64,000 bases of DNA, from IMG/VR virus record IMGVR_UViG_3300008107_000033, positions 32,001 to 96,000 of that record; one strand, written 5' to 3'. Below are positions 13,701 to 21,170 of this stretch, piece by piece. Source of the DNA: a virus. Positions within the stretch are counted from its first letter, which is position 1; every line of letters begins with the position of its first letter. Under the pieces are notes generated by a model, which did not search any database, was not told the origin of the DNA, and saw only the letters and a program-made list of their open reading frames with translations. The translations under genes and the position numbers were made by a program.

Positions 13701-15246
13701 AGTTGACAGACTTGCTGAAAATTTAAGTCCACAAATGATGGGAGGAATACAGTATACACATGGTTCTTCCGCCCTTATCAAAGATGTGGTTGCTAGTTTA
13801 ACCCATAGCAGCTTTGATTCAAGTACAACATTTACAGACGCAATCAGGAAACAGGCCGGGATTAACGGCAACAATGGCACTGTGTCAGGTGGTACGGCAG
13901 CAACGGCAATAACTGGAGTTGTAGGTGGCTCAGCAGCAGTAGGGGCTGTTGGTGGTTCAGCAATGCTTGGGTTAGCAGCACTTCCAATATTTGGGCAGCT
14001 TGCATGGAAAGGCTGGCAGTGGGTCAGAGATAATTTATTAGATCAACACGGATGCTATGTACAGTATTTGAATAAAAATGGTCAACCTATGGACGCAGGC
14101 CTCTCATATAATCAAGGAATGGTGGTTGGAAGATATCATTCTAAGGCACTGTTGCCCGGGATGCTAGGCTTAAGGAGAAAAACTCGCACAGCAGACGGAT
14201 ATGCCTATGTTAGAAGTGATGATATATTTAAGAGTCTTGGGTGGCAAGAAACAGAAATAAAAGAATTAGTTAGATATATAAGTTACGAGAATGCTTTAGT
14301 TCATGCACAAGTGCTCAATCTATCAGGTCTTGGTCCAGAAAAAACTACATTTGAACCTTTCTTTAAAATACTTTGTAAGTTAGACACTACGAAGGGAATG
14401 GAAAATACCGGAGTAGAAGACGCCGATACAATACATGTTATAGATATATTGAGTGGTGCAAAATTTAAAGTTCGTTTTGACGGAATCAACGCTCCAGAAA
14501 AATCTGTAGTAAGCTCAGCTTATCCAAAAGAACTTGTAAATCCCTCAGTTCCAACAGAAGCTGAAATTATTAGTAAGTCGTCTCCTGGATTTAAGAGCAC
14601 TCAGTTTGTCATTAATGCATTGAAAAATAAAACATTTTTATTAAGGGTTAAAAAATCAAGAGAGAACGGCGGACTTGCCAGTGAATCTGATATAGAAAAT
14701 TTTGAACCTGGCGCTGGATTTAATAGGGAAACAAATTATCTACAAGATATATATGAAAGAACACTTGCTACAGTTTTCTATAACGTCTCTGAAGAAAAGT
14801 TAATTAGCTTTAAAGACTTTATATTTAATTTATTTGTTTCTAATAATTTTGATAAATCAAAAATAGAAAAAGCTTTTAAAAATAGCTTTTCTAATTCAGT
14901 TATATATACAAAATATCAAGATATTTTTAATTCTATTTATTCTTCCACCGTAGTAGATCATATATCAAACTATTTAATTGGTAATACTGAAATATCAAAT
15001 CAAGAATTAAGAAAATTATTCTGTGCAATGGTAGAAATGAAGAGATTAGAACAAATTTATAAATCCGCATCAAGATGGCCGATGGTGCTTTGGGATGAGT
15101 ACTATGATGATGGGACTCCTTATACACTTAACTGGGAGTTGGTCGCAAACAACTTGGCTACTGTGTTCACAAATGATCTATTAACTGAATCAAATTCAGT
15201 TAACAAGGCAAAAGATTCTATTGGAATACCAACTGAGGTGAAATAA
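4705..15246 (+). CDS. Giant multidomain baseplate hub/tail protein (3513 aa) with gpD/hub-like segments, an RlpA-like DPBB segment and a C-terminal SNase-like domain
   Basis: Hub-like motifs LKPGVRVHLRGGYG..LFNGVISQVE and IIGNPDIRPHDIVYL..FEVEQVIHHF. DPBB-like YIAMRW..ILVYNPDT..IDAVVSPDAAYFLG. SNase-like DADT..VRFDGINAPE..DIYERTLATV..NWELVANNLA. Confidence 0.7.
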   Translation: MPINEKALEAENKELNNFSDPTRSGEDTLRELLKLMNRISPTAPDSEFDTWLKAGFFGTQSGNFEEKKAVAVRIFQGTDIERIAKLDSKYRGKIFGKILNTGLFNLAFNAFPISEFGKERLYSVATARKGAADALDPARDTAWLTQLMQVVRNISADPITLGVINSYFPSLVTFLFDAIAITADYSSGGEVNGESEDSINNMKDFIASLEKAFGRGLNDSNQTFKEAVFTMAFNFENTAKRMKKVLDNSPYRENTQPTSPDVFHLRIGAANFFVPPLSIDVNTSFKTGSLMGGALRQKNTPKFNSGYKESSIRMRLFFPNYEEIWGISIDDASKIVVGNNYEIDFKSDGSSDQKIDKFLSSLRGLVAAFKYSPFLPVRNHYLNTVHGITAVALSSMSISTVPNFPFALAVDIELLNFNHKPLLPMINDFNQAIHWGKYRQFMGKAAGALHNYVNGSFLMKTIDEKVPEKTIDTGTVTVGTGTYETSPYGASLQKTLLEKQSSYYDDILKTNIVSEWNDGRNISFYVPAETQTKIFLPDATSWRNDEERLMSDQSQDFWGKILNGFGVDINESAGYGLNLSGVYNVSKNTGINPNIKYHLSTIMDILTAGLNDDSYRKKVYSYVATLFVKENSLDSAQQAYILNIDSTNVPPETGVVTYTFNSIDYEEKTLQQMKNYLKNIAKSSKNLLDQQTKALADSQARKAGIKVPDTVAEGSTSYKNIYNKIRSQIKDGFNLTLYERFFKSAPIEELLEAARAKQGSFSFREWEVPMLKIDLDPTAAIVTGVSLTLGNNIAKLQLQMQDEPTYQHIGGKDTYINISMRIIGEKELAKLKRIFDHVNALARLEHSTGVLGYIGIKNIVTALSGVKYVLPSNFSVNTIPGFPHVYDVNISLIDFDIFQQARERLDSNQQRELIEHFSTKKNPFLRIKQMWGLFNAYPDLPLEIKNDKNEVVGHLDPDFYFRSFEMFDRDIINNISTAPKQLDIPGTNDNVGTKITKEMHVHVANEITKFLRIYPSANAANGIFQETRKEILNDVIYYLEKTDMSFEQFISIFEKVIDNPSYFKIGNSNERSKIGSLKKNLITDYIEYKKPEDPNSEDGFLNKVSSAPYQVGDISSTSSELLSEIKATLAGKHSLKAEELVSFDPDELEFHHIITTYPIKDKDEPNKIPAILQTALGSNLGYLDMEKDGRFYLTLDGVNVKKTEEGAKLEPRGISDKHSDPSYSATQASISGSTAYANYQQPYSHGAGTVPETMNSSKPVDTVESHWEKMLVDTSYRDVSGRMLRAFPTYMLWLIDEGGYFSGVKVFDNFYGLQSIIDFSIIQSEDLLGDTLVFRVSNLYSKLSKKESASFFSVDSEYSQDNPSLTDGLSSIIDVTLNKARNVLAHMKNEYVVDIENIRLKPGVRVHLRGGYGANPNSLQTLFNGVISQVELGEIVTVTAQSDAIELGAVVNSTNKKGDSGKIDGGINTGLWMSEPRDLMVRLLSMGASRFREGIAYANRGLVFSENKFGIRHFGSIVYEPLTVDEERKHQARIDALSDTYNAVGSGNASGLGKSALDVAVGTNEFRNPVFSLMNQLWANFSQARDFEIFKRNIYPGNGTGIAQFLGGDLGDGWTSVSSITPDDRPNERIEYLSRLTDRSWNGLVQKYAEGDVDAKVAVEGETAQGELRDRSGSAAAGSSIAISGLIGISAVVGGPVGVVGATVGAGLLGVLTTRGGNNIFNMLGLTSTLDDDMPGFDEVSFRAQTYMRSVWDLFQTCARLLPNYIVAVRPFEDRSTVFYGKPHWLYTSGVVPVTTGYPGDEKMAELGINMGPKVADPDFELSRIITEINKNSSSYSDADAFYRGTEPTDTIAQFASLQKNAQGYYAASADLRGQLINFNSNKSKVKINSKGITTAKLPKTKGVVTMGFHLPVANVISGKAVTNSVSKVVHPSDPHSEIPQLPSRFRFPLFTNRADINGEYRLENFAFQKGQIKGYSKVNRVISDLGNSNADAGTTGSIGVGTGQALVDLVKGIFADDQSQVASYTNEEVYDNYLQSVSSVYGDAFVELLVPDNNNVLDRGLRVDDIADVTINSYDFSGPIEIGSESIMISMPLPSKRNTLEIDFSEWGMPKNSEEEQFYIAMRWPYKPNASETEIARFAKKYFNSETNELIGNVEEYKNSHILVYNPDTNSGVVCKPAYFLWGETKSNFLSDGTSTVSSEYNLDISERTIDAVVSPDAAYFLGIISGDDVIFSDGRKKVFNKGKGYSDLPIPRECYFAFVPDTVSLGVATSAFIPGKKFALLDDSGKELEDFLIGFGEFHSEEGNLTAKPTAKLASGYRGAGANPGGVQGFVPDRADDYEKYRNNLTEYYPVAKLAETSDFRYAGNYTDYYKNIFTDISTVTSRDKGYDILDDEVATTGDPLSNKGRNQFKTVFSMVDSISIEARKYYDEAYDLNVSVIAGDGRSLSTAQDIWDQFRFGYHTYSSVKTIFFNTFGFDPESQEDFSEDIMNILINGDASKGIFKKYKETLGTATDEFAILFGNEEASSRQAAIEFARKNFIDAPIAESGLIEYYDLMTLDKIKAFKENFFLDNTEVLQELSGQTGDLIKNPQQLFLVMVGLFRQAMWADPYARAWLVLKPSRKIGIGFGTASGKDQWDFKPVDKIFAAFINPNNTYSKDKKKFLQLLYNNKGEGSTSSNFFTRATSGIDNFWDRNIGPIFSAMGTALSGLVNMFKLNMLQTGYGLSQIGSLSKQANILNKALNDSIYYQLGRPGSLLRAVDNPFTREYGEPVIEIREPFQRVHYLSSFSHILSNQIQETTTNVSTVVTAVSDGKYPVTVALDKGAPAERQMESTVETGIYFDNVVGSGFFGFLHPLLHPFETGRGISKNLTGAPDELSAKRVALSHLKENIKDIYGGELLIIGNPDIRPHDIVYLADVYERMYGLFEVEQVIHHFTSELGFVTSITPNALVTVNDPAKWFMTSWIHSWMNMQAIRNDTRLFLDAVRADNSGITLGGDISVDRLAENLSPQMMGGIQYTHGSSALIKDVVASLTHSSFDSSTTFTDAIRKQAGINGNNGTVSGGTAATAITGVVGGSAAVGAVGGSAMLGLAALPIFGQLAWKGWQWVRDNLLDQHGCYVQYLNKNGQPMDAGLSYNQGMVVGRYHSKALLPGMLGLRRKTRTADGYAYVRSDDIFKSLGWQETEIKELVRYISYENALVHAQVLNLSGLGPEKTTFEPFFKILCKLDTTKGMENTGVEDADTIHVIDILSGAKFKVRFDGINAPEKSVVSSAYPKELVNPSVPTEAEIISKSSPGFKSTQFVINALKNKTFLLRVKKSRENGGLASESDIENFEPGAGFNRETNYLQDIYERTLATVFYNVSEEKLISFKDFIFNLFVSNNFDKSKIEKAFKNSFSNSVIYTKYQDIFNSIYSSTVVDHISNYLIGNTEISNQELRKLFCAMVEMKRLEQIYKSASRWPMVLWDEYYDDGTPYTLNWELVANNLATVFTNDLLTESNSVNKAKDSIGIPTEVK

Positions 15247-15247
15247 T

Positions 15248-17303
15248 ATGTCTTTCTTTAATATCAATTCTGAAAATTTAGCAGATTCAAAATCTTTTAC
15301 AAAAGCTATAGTTGATAATATTGTTCCAAAAAATGGAATAGCTATTACCAAAACATCTTTAGCAGAGCGACGGATATGAAGGCCAAAGTTTAGTTTCTAC
15401 AGACCTCATCTCTGCAGCTTCTGGCAAAGAGCTTTTTGGCAATGAAAACTATGCAAATATGTTTAGAGCAGATATGGCTAGGGAAAGCTTAAATGCTATT
15501 GCTACTAGCGCTTTTGAATATCAATTAACGAATAAAACACAAAATGCACCAGATGTAGTAAACAGCTTTTTAACTTCTGGTTCTTTTGGTAGAAAATATA
15601 ATGATGGACTTATTAGTGATTTAGATTCTGCAATTAGATCAAAGTATGGCACTGGTGTAACTTCAGGCGTATATGACATAAATGGAAATGGTCATACATC
15701 TGTGAATTATGGTGGATCACCACTAGTTGGTTCTGGGGTAATGCCAATAGCAAAATTGTCACTGTTAACTGATTCTCAAAAATCTTGGTACTCAGAAAGA
15801 GCAGCTGTACTAGATGCAAAACTTGGCACATCAATCAAATCTGGTTTTTCATTTGATATTGATAATTCAAGAACAAATGCTCAGTATGACACCTCGAGCA
15901 TAGTTCCTGGTGCAATAGATGCAATTGATAGAAAAATAGCAGCAGATATAATATCTGCATCGCAAGAAAAAGCTTTTGTTTCCGCTTCATTAACAGAGTT
16001 TTTACTTGCCTTATTGTCTGATACTTTTGGGCCAGCATTAAAAATTACCGGTATACTGGGTTTGCAAAGACAAAATGATACACCAAAAAGCGATGGAACA
16101 GAAGCTAATGCAATAACCGATCATGCCTTCGGTAGAGCTTTTGATTTTAGTTATATACAAAAAGTTTCTGGGCCAAAATTAGATTCAATTAGTACGGCTA
16201 AAGGTCATATCGAGCAGTTAACAATTTTATTAGAAAAAATGAATGCGATGCCAACGTATTTAATCCCTGATTATATAGCAGTTTCATCAAAGTATGTTGA
16301 CAAATCTTATGATACATATGATAGCAAAACAAATCAATTATGGGCCAAGTATCCAAATTTAAAATATTTAAAATTAAAAAGAGATACTTCTGGAGTTCAT
16401 GATAATCATATACACATTAGCTTTTCTCCCGCAAGAGGTGGAATGTATGCTGGGCCTGGTGGGATGTTGTTTAACGCAGCTTCAGCTGCTGGAGTATCTT
16501 CTGCCGTACAAGCTGGAGTAAATAAAGTTTTATATAAAATTTCTCCGTATGGAGCAATGCCAACAAATATTTTACAAAAAGATTTTACAGGAAATAAAGA
16601 ATCAGTTAAACCAGATGAATTATTTTTAGCATTAACACAAGCTGGATATTTTTCAGATGAAACTGCAGCTATATTTGTTGCTTTAGCTAACAGAGAATCA
16701 TTAAGAAAAGTTTATATAGTTGATTCAATAGGAGCTCTTGGACCTTGGCAAATCTCCGCTGGAAAATCAGATGGTGGAAATATTCCTGTTTATATAAAAC
16801 TGCCACAGCCAGAATTAATTAATCCATTTAGCAAAATGGCATATGTTAATTGGCAAAAAGAAAACTTAACAAATGATCAAATTTGGGAAAAGATTAAACA
16901 ACAAGGAAAAACACAAGATAAAGGTATAGGAAATTATGATACCAGATTGTGGAATTTAACCAATCAAGTATGGATATTAAGATCTAAGATTGGAAGAGGA
17001 GATAAAAAATCAGTAGTTAACGATCTTCCCGTCTTTGCTTGGGGTGATTATGGCGGACCCTATGCACCTAAGTATGGATGGGTTTCTTCAACTAGTGGAT
17101 CATTTTGTAGGTTTGCAGATGCATTGGAAGTTTATCAGAAAATGACTGGTAAAACAGCAGCAGATTTGAAAGAGTTCTTGATGACTCAAACTCCAGCTAA
17201 TTCAAGAACACTAAAAAAAGATATTTGGGTAGCAAATAACGGTAAAACAATTTTGGAAAATTGGATTGACGGAGTCAATTATCCAAAAATAAATCTAGGT
17301 TAA
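15248..17303 (+). CDS. Tail-associated peptidoglycan hydrolase (M15-like Zn peptidase plus lysozyme/SLT-like domain); real start 15248, +1 frameshift at CGGA 15371-15374 (about 684 aa)
   Basis: ATG lies 1 nt after the upstream stop. After 41 codons comes CGG ATA TGA; the +1 frame (GGA TAT GAA GGC...) is open into ORF 15459..17303. Motifs DHAFGRAFDF / HDNHIHISF and AIFVALANRES..GPWQI. Confidence 0.7.
15371..15374 (+). other. +1 recoding site CGGA (site 2)
   Basis: Shift confined to 15363-15376 by TAG 15360 (+1 frame) and TGA 15377 (0 frame). Confidence 0.8.
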
Positions 17304-17311
17304 GGAAAATA

Positions 17312-17680
17312 ATGGCAATAAATTATCCAAAATTTGACAATAAGATTCAATCTAAAATTGATAACTCAAGAATGCGCCAGTCAAAAACAAGGCCTGGCGT
17401 AATAATGAAATTTGATCCAGTAACTAATTCAGCTGATGTAATAATAGATGATCAGTATTCTGGGGAAATAGGAAACATTGTATCTGGAGTCCCATGCCCC
17501 ACATTGCCAGGAATTCAAACGGTTGCCCCAAGTCCTGGCACACGTTGCTTAGTGGGCTTTAGGGATGACAATGAAAGATTCGCATATATAATTAGTCTAT
17601 TTGAAGAAGGAACATTGGACTCAAATTACATGTATAATTATACGGTGAATACCGGTATACCAAAGTTTATGTCGAGGTAA
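17312..17680 (+). CDS. Baseplate spike/gpV-gp138 N-terminal-like OB-fold protein
   Basis: GVIMKFDP..ADVII..VPCP..PSPGTRCLVGFRDD pattern; GGA-type RBS; position in the baseplate cluster. Confidence 0.6.
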   Translation: MAINYPKFDNKIQSKIDNSRMRQSKTRPGVIMKFDPVTNSADVIIDDQYSGEIGNIVSGVPCPTLPGIQTVAPSPGTRCLVGFRDDNERFAYIISLFEEGTLDSNYMYNYTVNTGIPKFMSR

Positions 17681-17682
17681 AA

Positions 17683-18324
17683 ATGGCCACTAGCTATCCA
17701 GGTGATATAGAACCAGAAAAAAATTTTCCAGTATCTGATGAATTAAAAAGAAGAAATGAATTCTCAAAAAGAGAAGTTGGATTAAATCATCCAGATAATA
17801 GTTCATTTATTAGATTGAATGACGATGGAGACATAGAAATATTTGCGGCTCCCGGTGTAGGCATGATCATAAGCGGGGCTAGTAAAACAATATCACTATT
17901 TGCAGATAAGATTAGATTCTTTTGTTCTGAAAATGGATTAAGATGGAATAATTTTAATTTTAATTATTCAGCTATAGATTATTCCCAACCAACATTGGTC
18001 CAGATAGATCATAAATCAATTCACAATGCACAAAACGATGCTCATCATTATTTAGGTAAGATTAAAGATATAGAAGAATCAGAAAAAGAAAAGATCGTTA
18101 CTATACAAAGTGATTATGGTTTTGTCTCAAAAGAGCCACAAATTAATCAAAACTATAGTTCTCAAATTTCTACAGAAGGCTTATCTGAAGATCAAATTTT
18201 ATTAGTGCAAAATATATTAACTGAGCATACCCCAGAGTATATAGACTATATGGTTAGTTTAATTAAAGATGGTCATACATTTGCTCAGGCAAAAGACAAG
18301 GCGGATGAAATAAAGAATGTCTGA
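17683..18324 (+). CDS. Baseplate spike-related protein (gp5/gpV C-terminal-like)
   Basis: HPDNSSFIRLNDDGDIEI beta-helix-like motif; gene context. Confidence 0.5.
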   Translation: MATSYPGDIEPEKNFPVSDELKRRNEFSKREVGLNHPDNSSFIRLNDDGDIEIFAAPGVGMIISGASKTISLFADKIRFFCSENGLRWNNFNFNYSAIDYSQPTLVQIDHKSIHNAQNDAHHYLGKIKDIEESEKEKIVTIQSDYGFVSKEPQINQNYSSQISTEGLSEDQILLVQNILTEHTPEYIDYMVSLIKDGHTFAQAKDKADEIKNV

Positions 18325-18697
18325 TTTATACTTTACAATGGATGGCGATATATTAGTTACTGGAAATAAAGATATCGCTATTACTACATCTTCGGCTCAA
18401 GATGATGTACAACAAGTCTATCTTAGGCTTATGACTGAGCCTGGTGATTTTTATATTTATCCTGCCTTAGGAACTGATTTATCTGTACTATATGGCATGC
18501 CACAATCCGAAGAAACTGGAGAAATGGGAAAGAGATTAATAAGGGCTGCCCTAGAAAGAGAAGATGTTTTTAGGGGGAGAAGCATTATTATAGATGCAAT
18601 ACCTACAGGTCCAGACTCAATTAGATTTGATGTTCATATAATATCAGATAAGACAGATCCCATTGTCCTTTCTGTAACACAAAGCCTAGGAGCATAA
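18317..18697 (+). CDS. Baseplate wedge gp25/gpW-like protein
   Basis: DGDI..QQVYLRLMTEPGD..YPALGTDL motif, 126 aa, directly upstream of gpJ. Confidence 0.75.
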   Translation: MSDLYFTMDGDILVTGNKDIAITTSSAQDDVQQVYLRLMTEPGDFYIYPALGTDLSVLYGMPQSEETGEMGKRLIRAALEREDVFRGRSIIIDAIPTGPDSIRFDVHIISDKTDPIVLSVTQSLGA

Positions 18698-19867
18698 ATG
18701 CCTATTTATGGAGAAAAAGAAAAATCAGAAATATTAGTTAGTGTATTAAATTCACTAGAACTCAATGCTGGTATTTCTGCTGCCTATCCCGGGTCTATTG
18801 CTAGGGCTTTTGCTGAAGCTTTTAGTGCAGAAATAGCAGATTTATATTCATCTTTAAACTTTAGCCTTAAACAGGGAGCTCTTTCTACTGCAAGTGGAAG
18901 AAATTTAGATTTAATTGGTGAGCTTTATGGAGTTGTGAGAAAGCAAATATCTGACGCCGCTGCTCTTGAAAGACAATCTTTTAACATAGAATTTTTTATA
19001 GAAACTCCATACAGTCAAAATATAACAATTCCTGGTGGAACATATCTCTACACGGATGTAGATAGCTATGCAATTAGACAGTATAGATTTAAATTAAATG
19101 GTGATATTACCATAGTTGCTGGAACGACTAGGGCATATGGTTTGGCAATTCCGGATTTTAATGAAAATACATATGTTGCCCCAACAGGTTCTATAACTAA
19201 ACATAACTTTATAGCACCACCAGGTGTAGTGGCATATTGTAGTAATACAAAAGAAATATATTCAGCAATTAATTCTGAGTCAGATGATAATTTTAGAAGA
19301 AGAATAGTATCATCTATTAAGACAAGATCGGCAGGCACGACAGAGTCTGTTAGGTTTGCTGTTCTTTCAGTCAAAGGCGTAAGAGATGTTAGAATAAGAG
19401 AAAGCGCCTATGGCGTAGGATCTTGTGATGTGATTGTAGTTCCAGAATCTTTGTCTGGAATTAAAAGAATGCCAGACACAATACTGTCTGCCATAGCATC
19501 TGTTAAGCCAGCTGGTGTAAGATTTAATGTTAGAATAGCTGAACAAATACCAGTAGATGTTCAGGTCAGTGTCACTGTAGCTTCTGCAGCAAATGATACA
19601 ATAGAAGCAGGAATAAAGAATCAAGTTGCGCTCTTTATTAAGAGATATTTAAATTCTCTTACAATAGGAGATACTGTTTCAGTTTCTGAAATAGAAAGAC
19701 AAATTAGACTATCTTCCGACTTTGTAAGATATGCTACTATTAATTCTTTAAGTGCAAACGGTGAATCTATACCGGTAAAAGATTTTACTCCTTCAAGTGA
19801 CAAAGTTTACCCAACTGCTGGAAGTGTGAGCGTATTATCTGTTATAATGGGTCAATCAAATTATTAA
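18698..19867 (+). CDS. Baseplate J-like protein
   Basis: TASGRNLDLIGELYGVVR, ESDDNFRRRI, GVRDVRI and KPAGV motifs typical of gpJ/gp6. Confidence 0.85.
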   Translation: MPIYGEKEKSEILVSVLNSLELNAGISAAYPGSIARAFAEAFSAEIADLYSSLNFSLKQGALSTASGRNLDLIGELYGVVRKQISDAAALERQSFNIEFFIETPYSQNITIPGGTYLYTDVDSYAIRQYRFKLNGDITIVAGTTRAYGLAIPDFNENTYVAPTGSITKHNFIAPPGVVAYCSNTKEIYSAINSESDDNFRRRIVSSIKTRSAGTTESVRFAVLSVKGVRDVRIRESAYGVGSCDVIVVPESLSGIKRMPDTILSAIASVKPAGVRFNVRIAEQIPVDVQVSVTVASAANDTIEAGIKNQVALFIKRYLNSLTIGDTVSVSEIERQIRLSSDFVRYATINSLSANGESIPVKDFTPSSDKVYPTAGSVSVLSVIMGQSNY

Positions 19868-19894
19868 CACTGAAAAGCTACAGGTCTTTGATAT

Positions 19895-21154
19895 ATGAAA
19901 AATTTTGTTATAACAAATAAGTATATAGTACGTGCCCCAAACATTGGACAAGCAAAGAATATTGTTTTTGAGGGTACTGGAAACGGTGACTTATTGGGCG
20001 ATTCACTACACGCAATTGAAATAAGTGATGATGAAATTACTGATTTTATTAACGATAAAGACTCAATGTATACCCAGTCTTCTGTCGTTACTGTAGAAGA
20101 TCCTTCCATTTATGAAGATGAAGAATATGATTCCACTGATTCAGTTTCAGCTATATCTGATTCACGAAATGAATTCCTAAGATCAGAGAATAAAAAACTC
20201 GCTAAGAGAGTTGAAACCCTAAAGAATGTTCAGGATGAAGTTGTCAAAGCCGCCTATGCAGCCGCCTATGATGCATTTTCCAGCTTGGAATTTCCAAAGA
20301 CAAAAGCTCCTTCATTTAAAAAGATTAAAGATAAACTTCCAGAAACCGCTGTTGCAGTATTTGCTGACTGGCAGTTAGGTAAAATTACACCGACCTATGA
20401 TTCATCAGTTCTAGAATCTAGAATTGAAGAATATACAGATAAGTTATTAGAGATTACCGAGATTCAAAGAATGGATCATAACGTAAATGATCTTCATGTT
20501 TGGCTTTTAGGTGATATTGTAGAGGGAGAAGAAATTTTTCCAGGCCAAAGCCACCTCATAGATTCGGGTCTATATAGACAAGTAGGAGTTAACGGCCCAA
20601 GAATTTTAAGCAGATTCTTGACTACGGCATTAGAAAACTTTGAACATGTGCACGTAACTGCTGTTATAGGTAATCATGGAGCAGTGGGTGGAAGAGCAAG
20701 AAAGCAGCATGATCCAGAAACAAACATGGACAGACTTCTTTATAAGATTGTTGAGCTCATGTTTTCAAATGAAGACAGAATCACTTTTAATATCCCAGAT
20801 GGCAAGGGTGAAAGAAATTGGTATGCAGTAGATAATATAGGAAGCTATAGTTCTCTACTAATTCATGGCGACCAACTGCCTGCACCAACGTCATACTATG
20901 GTTACTATAAAAAGGTAATGGGATGGAAAGATGGTGCTATTCCAGAGCATTTTGATGATGTATTCATGGGTCACTACCATCAGCAATTTAAGATGACTAT
21001 TGGAAGTACTTTATTAAGAATTTCTGGTTCTCCAGAAAGCAATAATACATACGCTCAAGAATATTTCTCTTCAATGAGCAGACCATGTCAACACCTCATG
21101 TATGTACATCCAGAGAATGGAATTACTTCCGAGTATTCTATTTGGCTAGACTAA
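19895..21154 (+). CDS. Calcineurin-like metallophosphoesterase with N-terminal coiled coil
   Basis: Motifs DWQLG, GDIVEG, GNHG, HGD, GHYH. Confidence 0.85.
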   Translation: MKNFVITNKYIVRAPNIGQAKNIVFEGTGNGDLLGDSLHAIEISDDEITDFINDKDSMYTQSSVVTVEDPSIYEDEEYDSTDSVSAISDSRNEFLRSENKKLAKRVETLKNVQDEVVKAAYAAAYDAFSSLEFPKTKAPSFKKIKDKLPETAVAVFADWQLGKITPTYDSSVLESRIEEYTDKLLEITEIQRMDHNVNDLHVWLLGDIVEGEEIFPGQSHLIDSGLYRQVGVNGPRILSRFLTTALENFEHVHVTAVIGNHGAVGGRARKQHDPETNMDRLLYKIVELMFSNEDRITFNIPDGKGERNWYAVDNIGSYSSLLIHGDQLPAPTSYYGYYKKVMGWKDGAIPEHFDDVFMGHYHQQFKMTIGSTLLRISGSPESNNTYAQEYFSSMSRPCQHLMYVHPENGITSEYSIWLD

Positions 21155-21170
21155 TTAAAAAGGATCAGTA

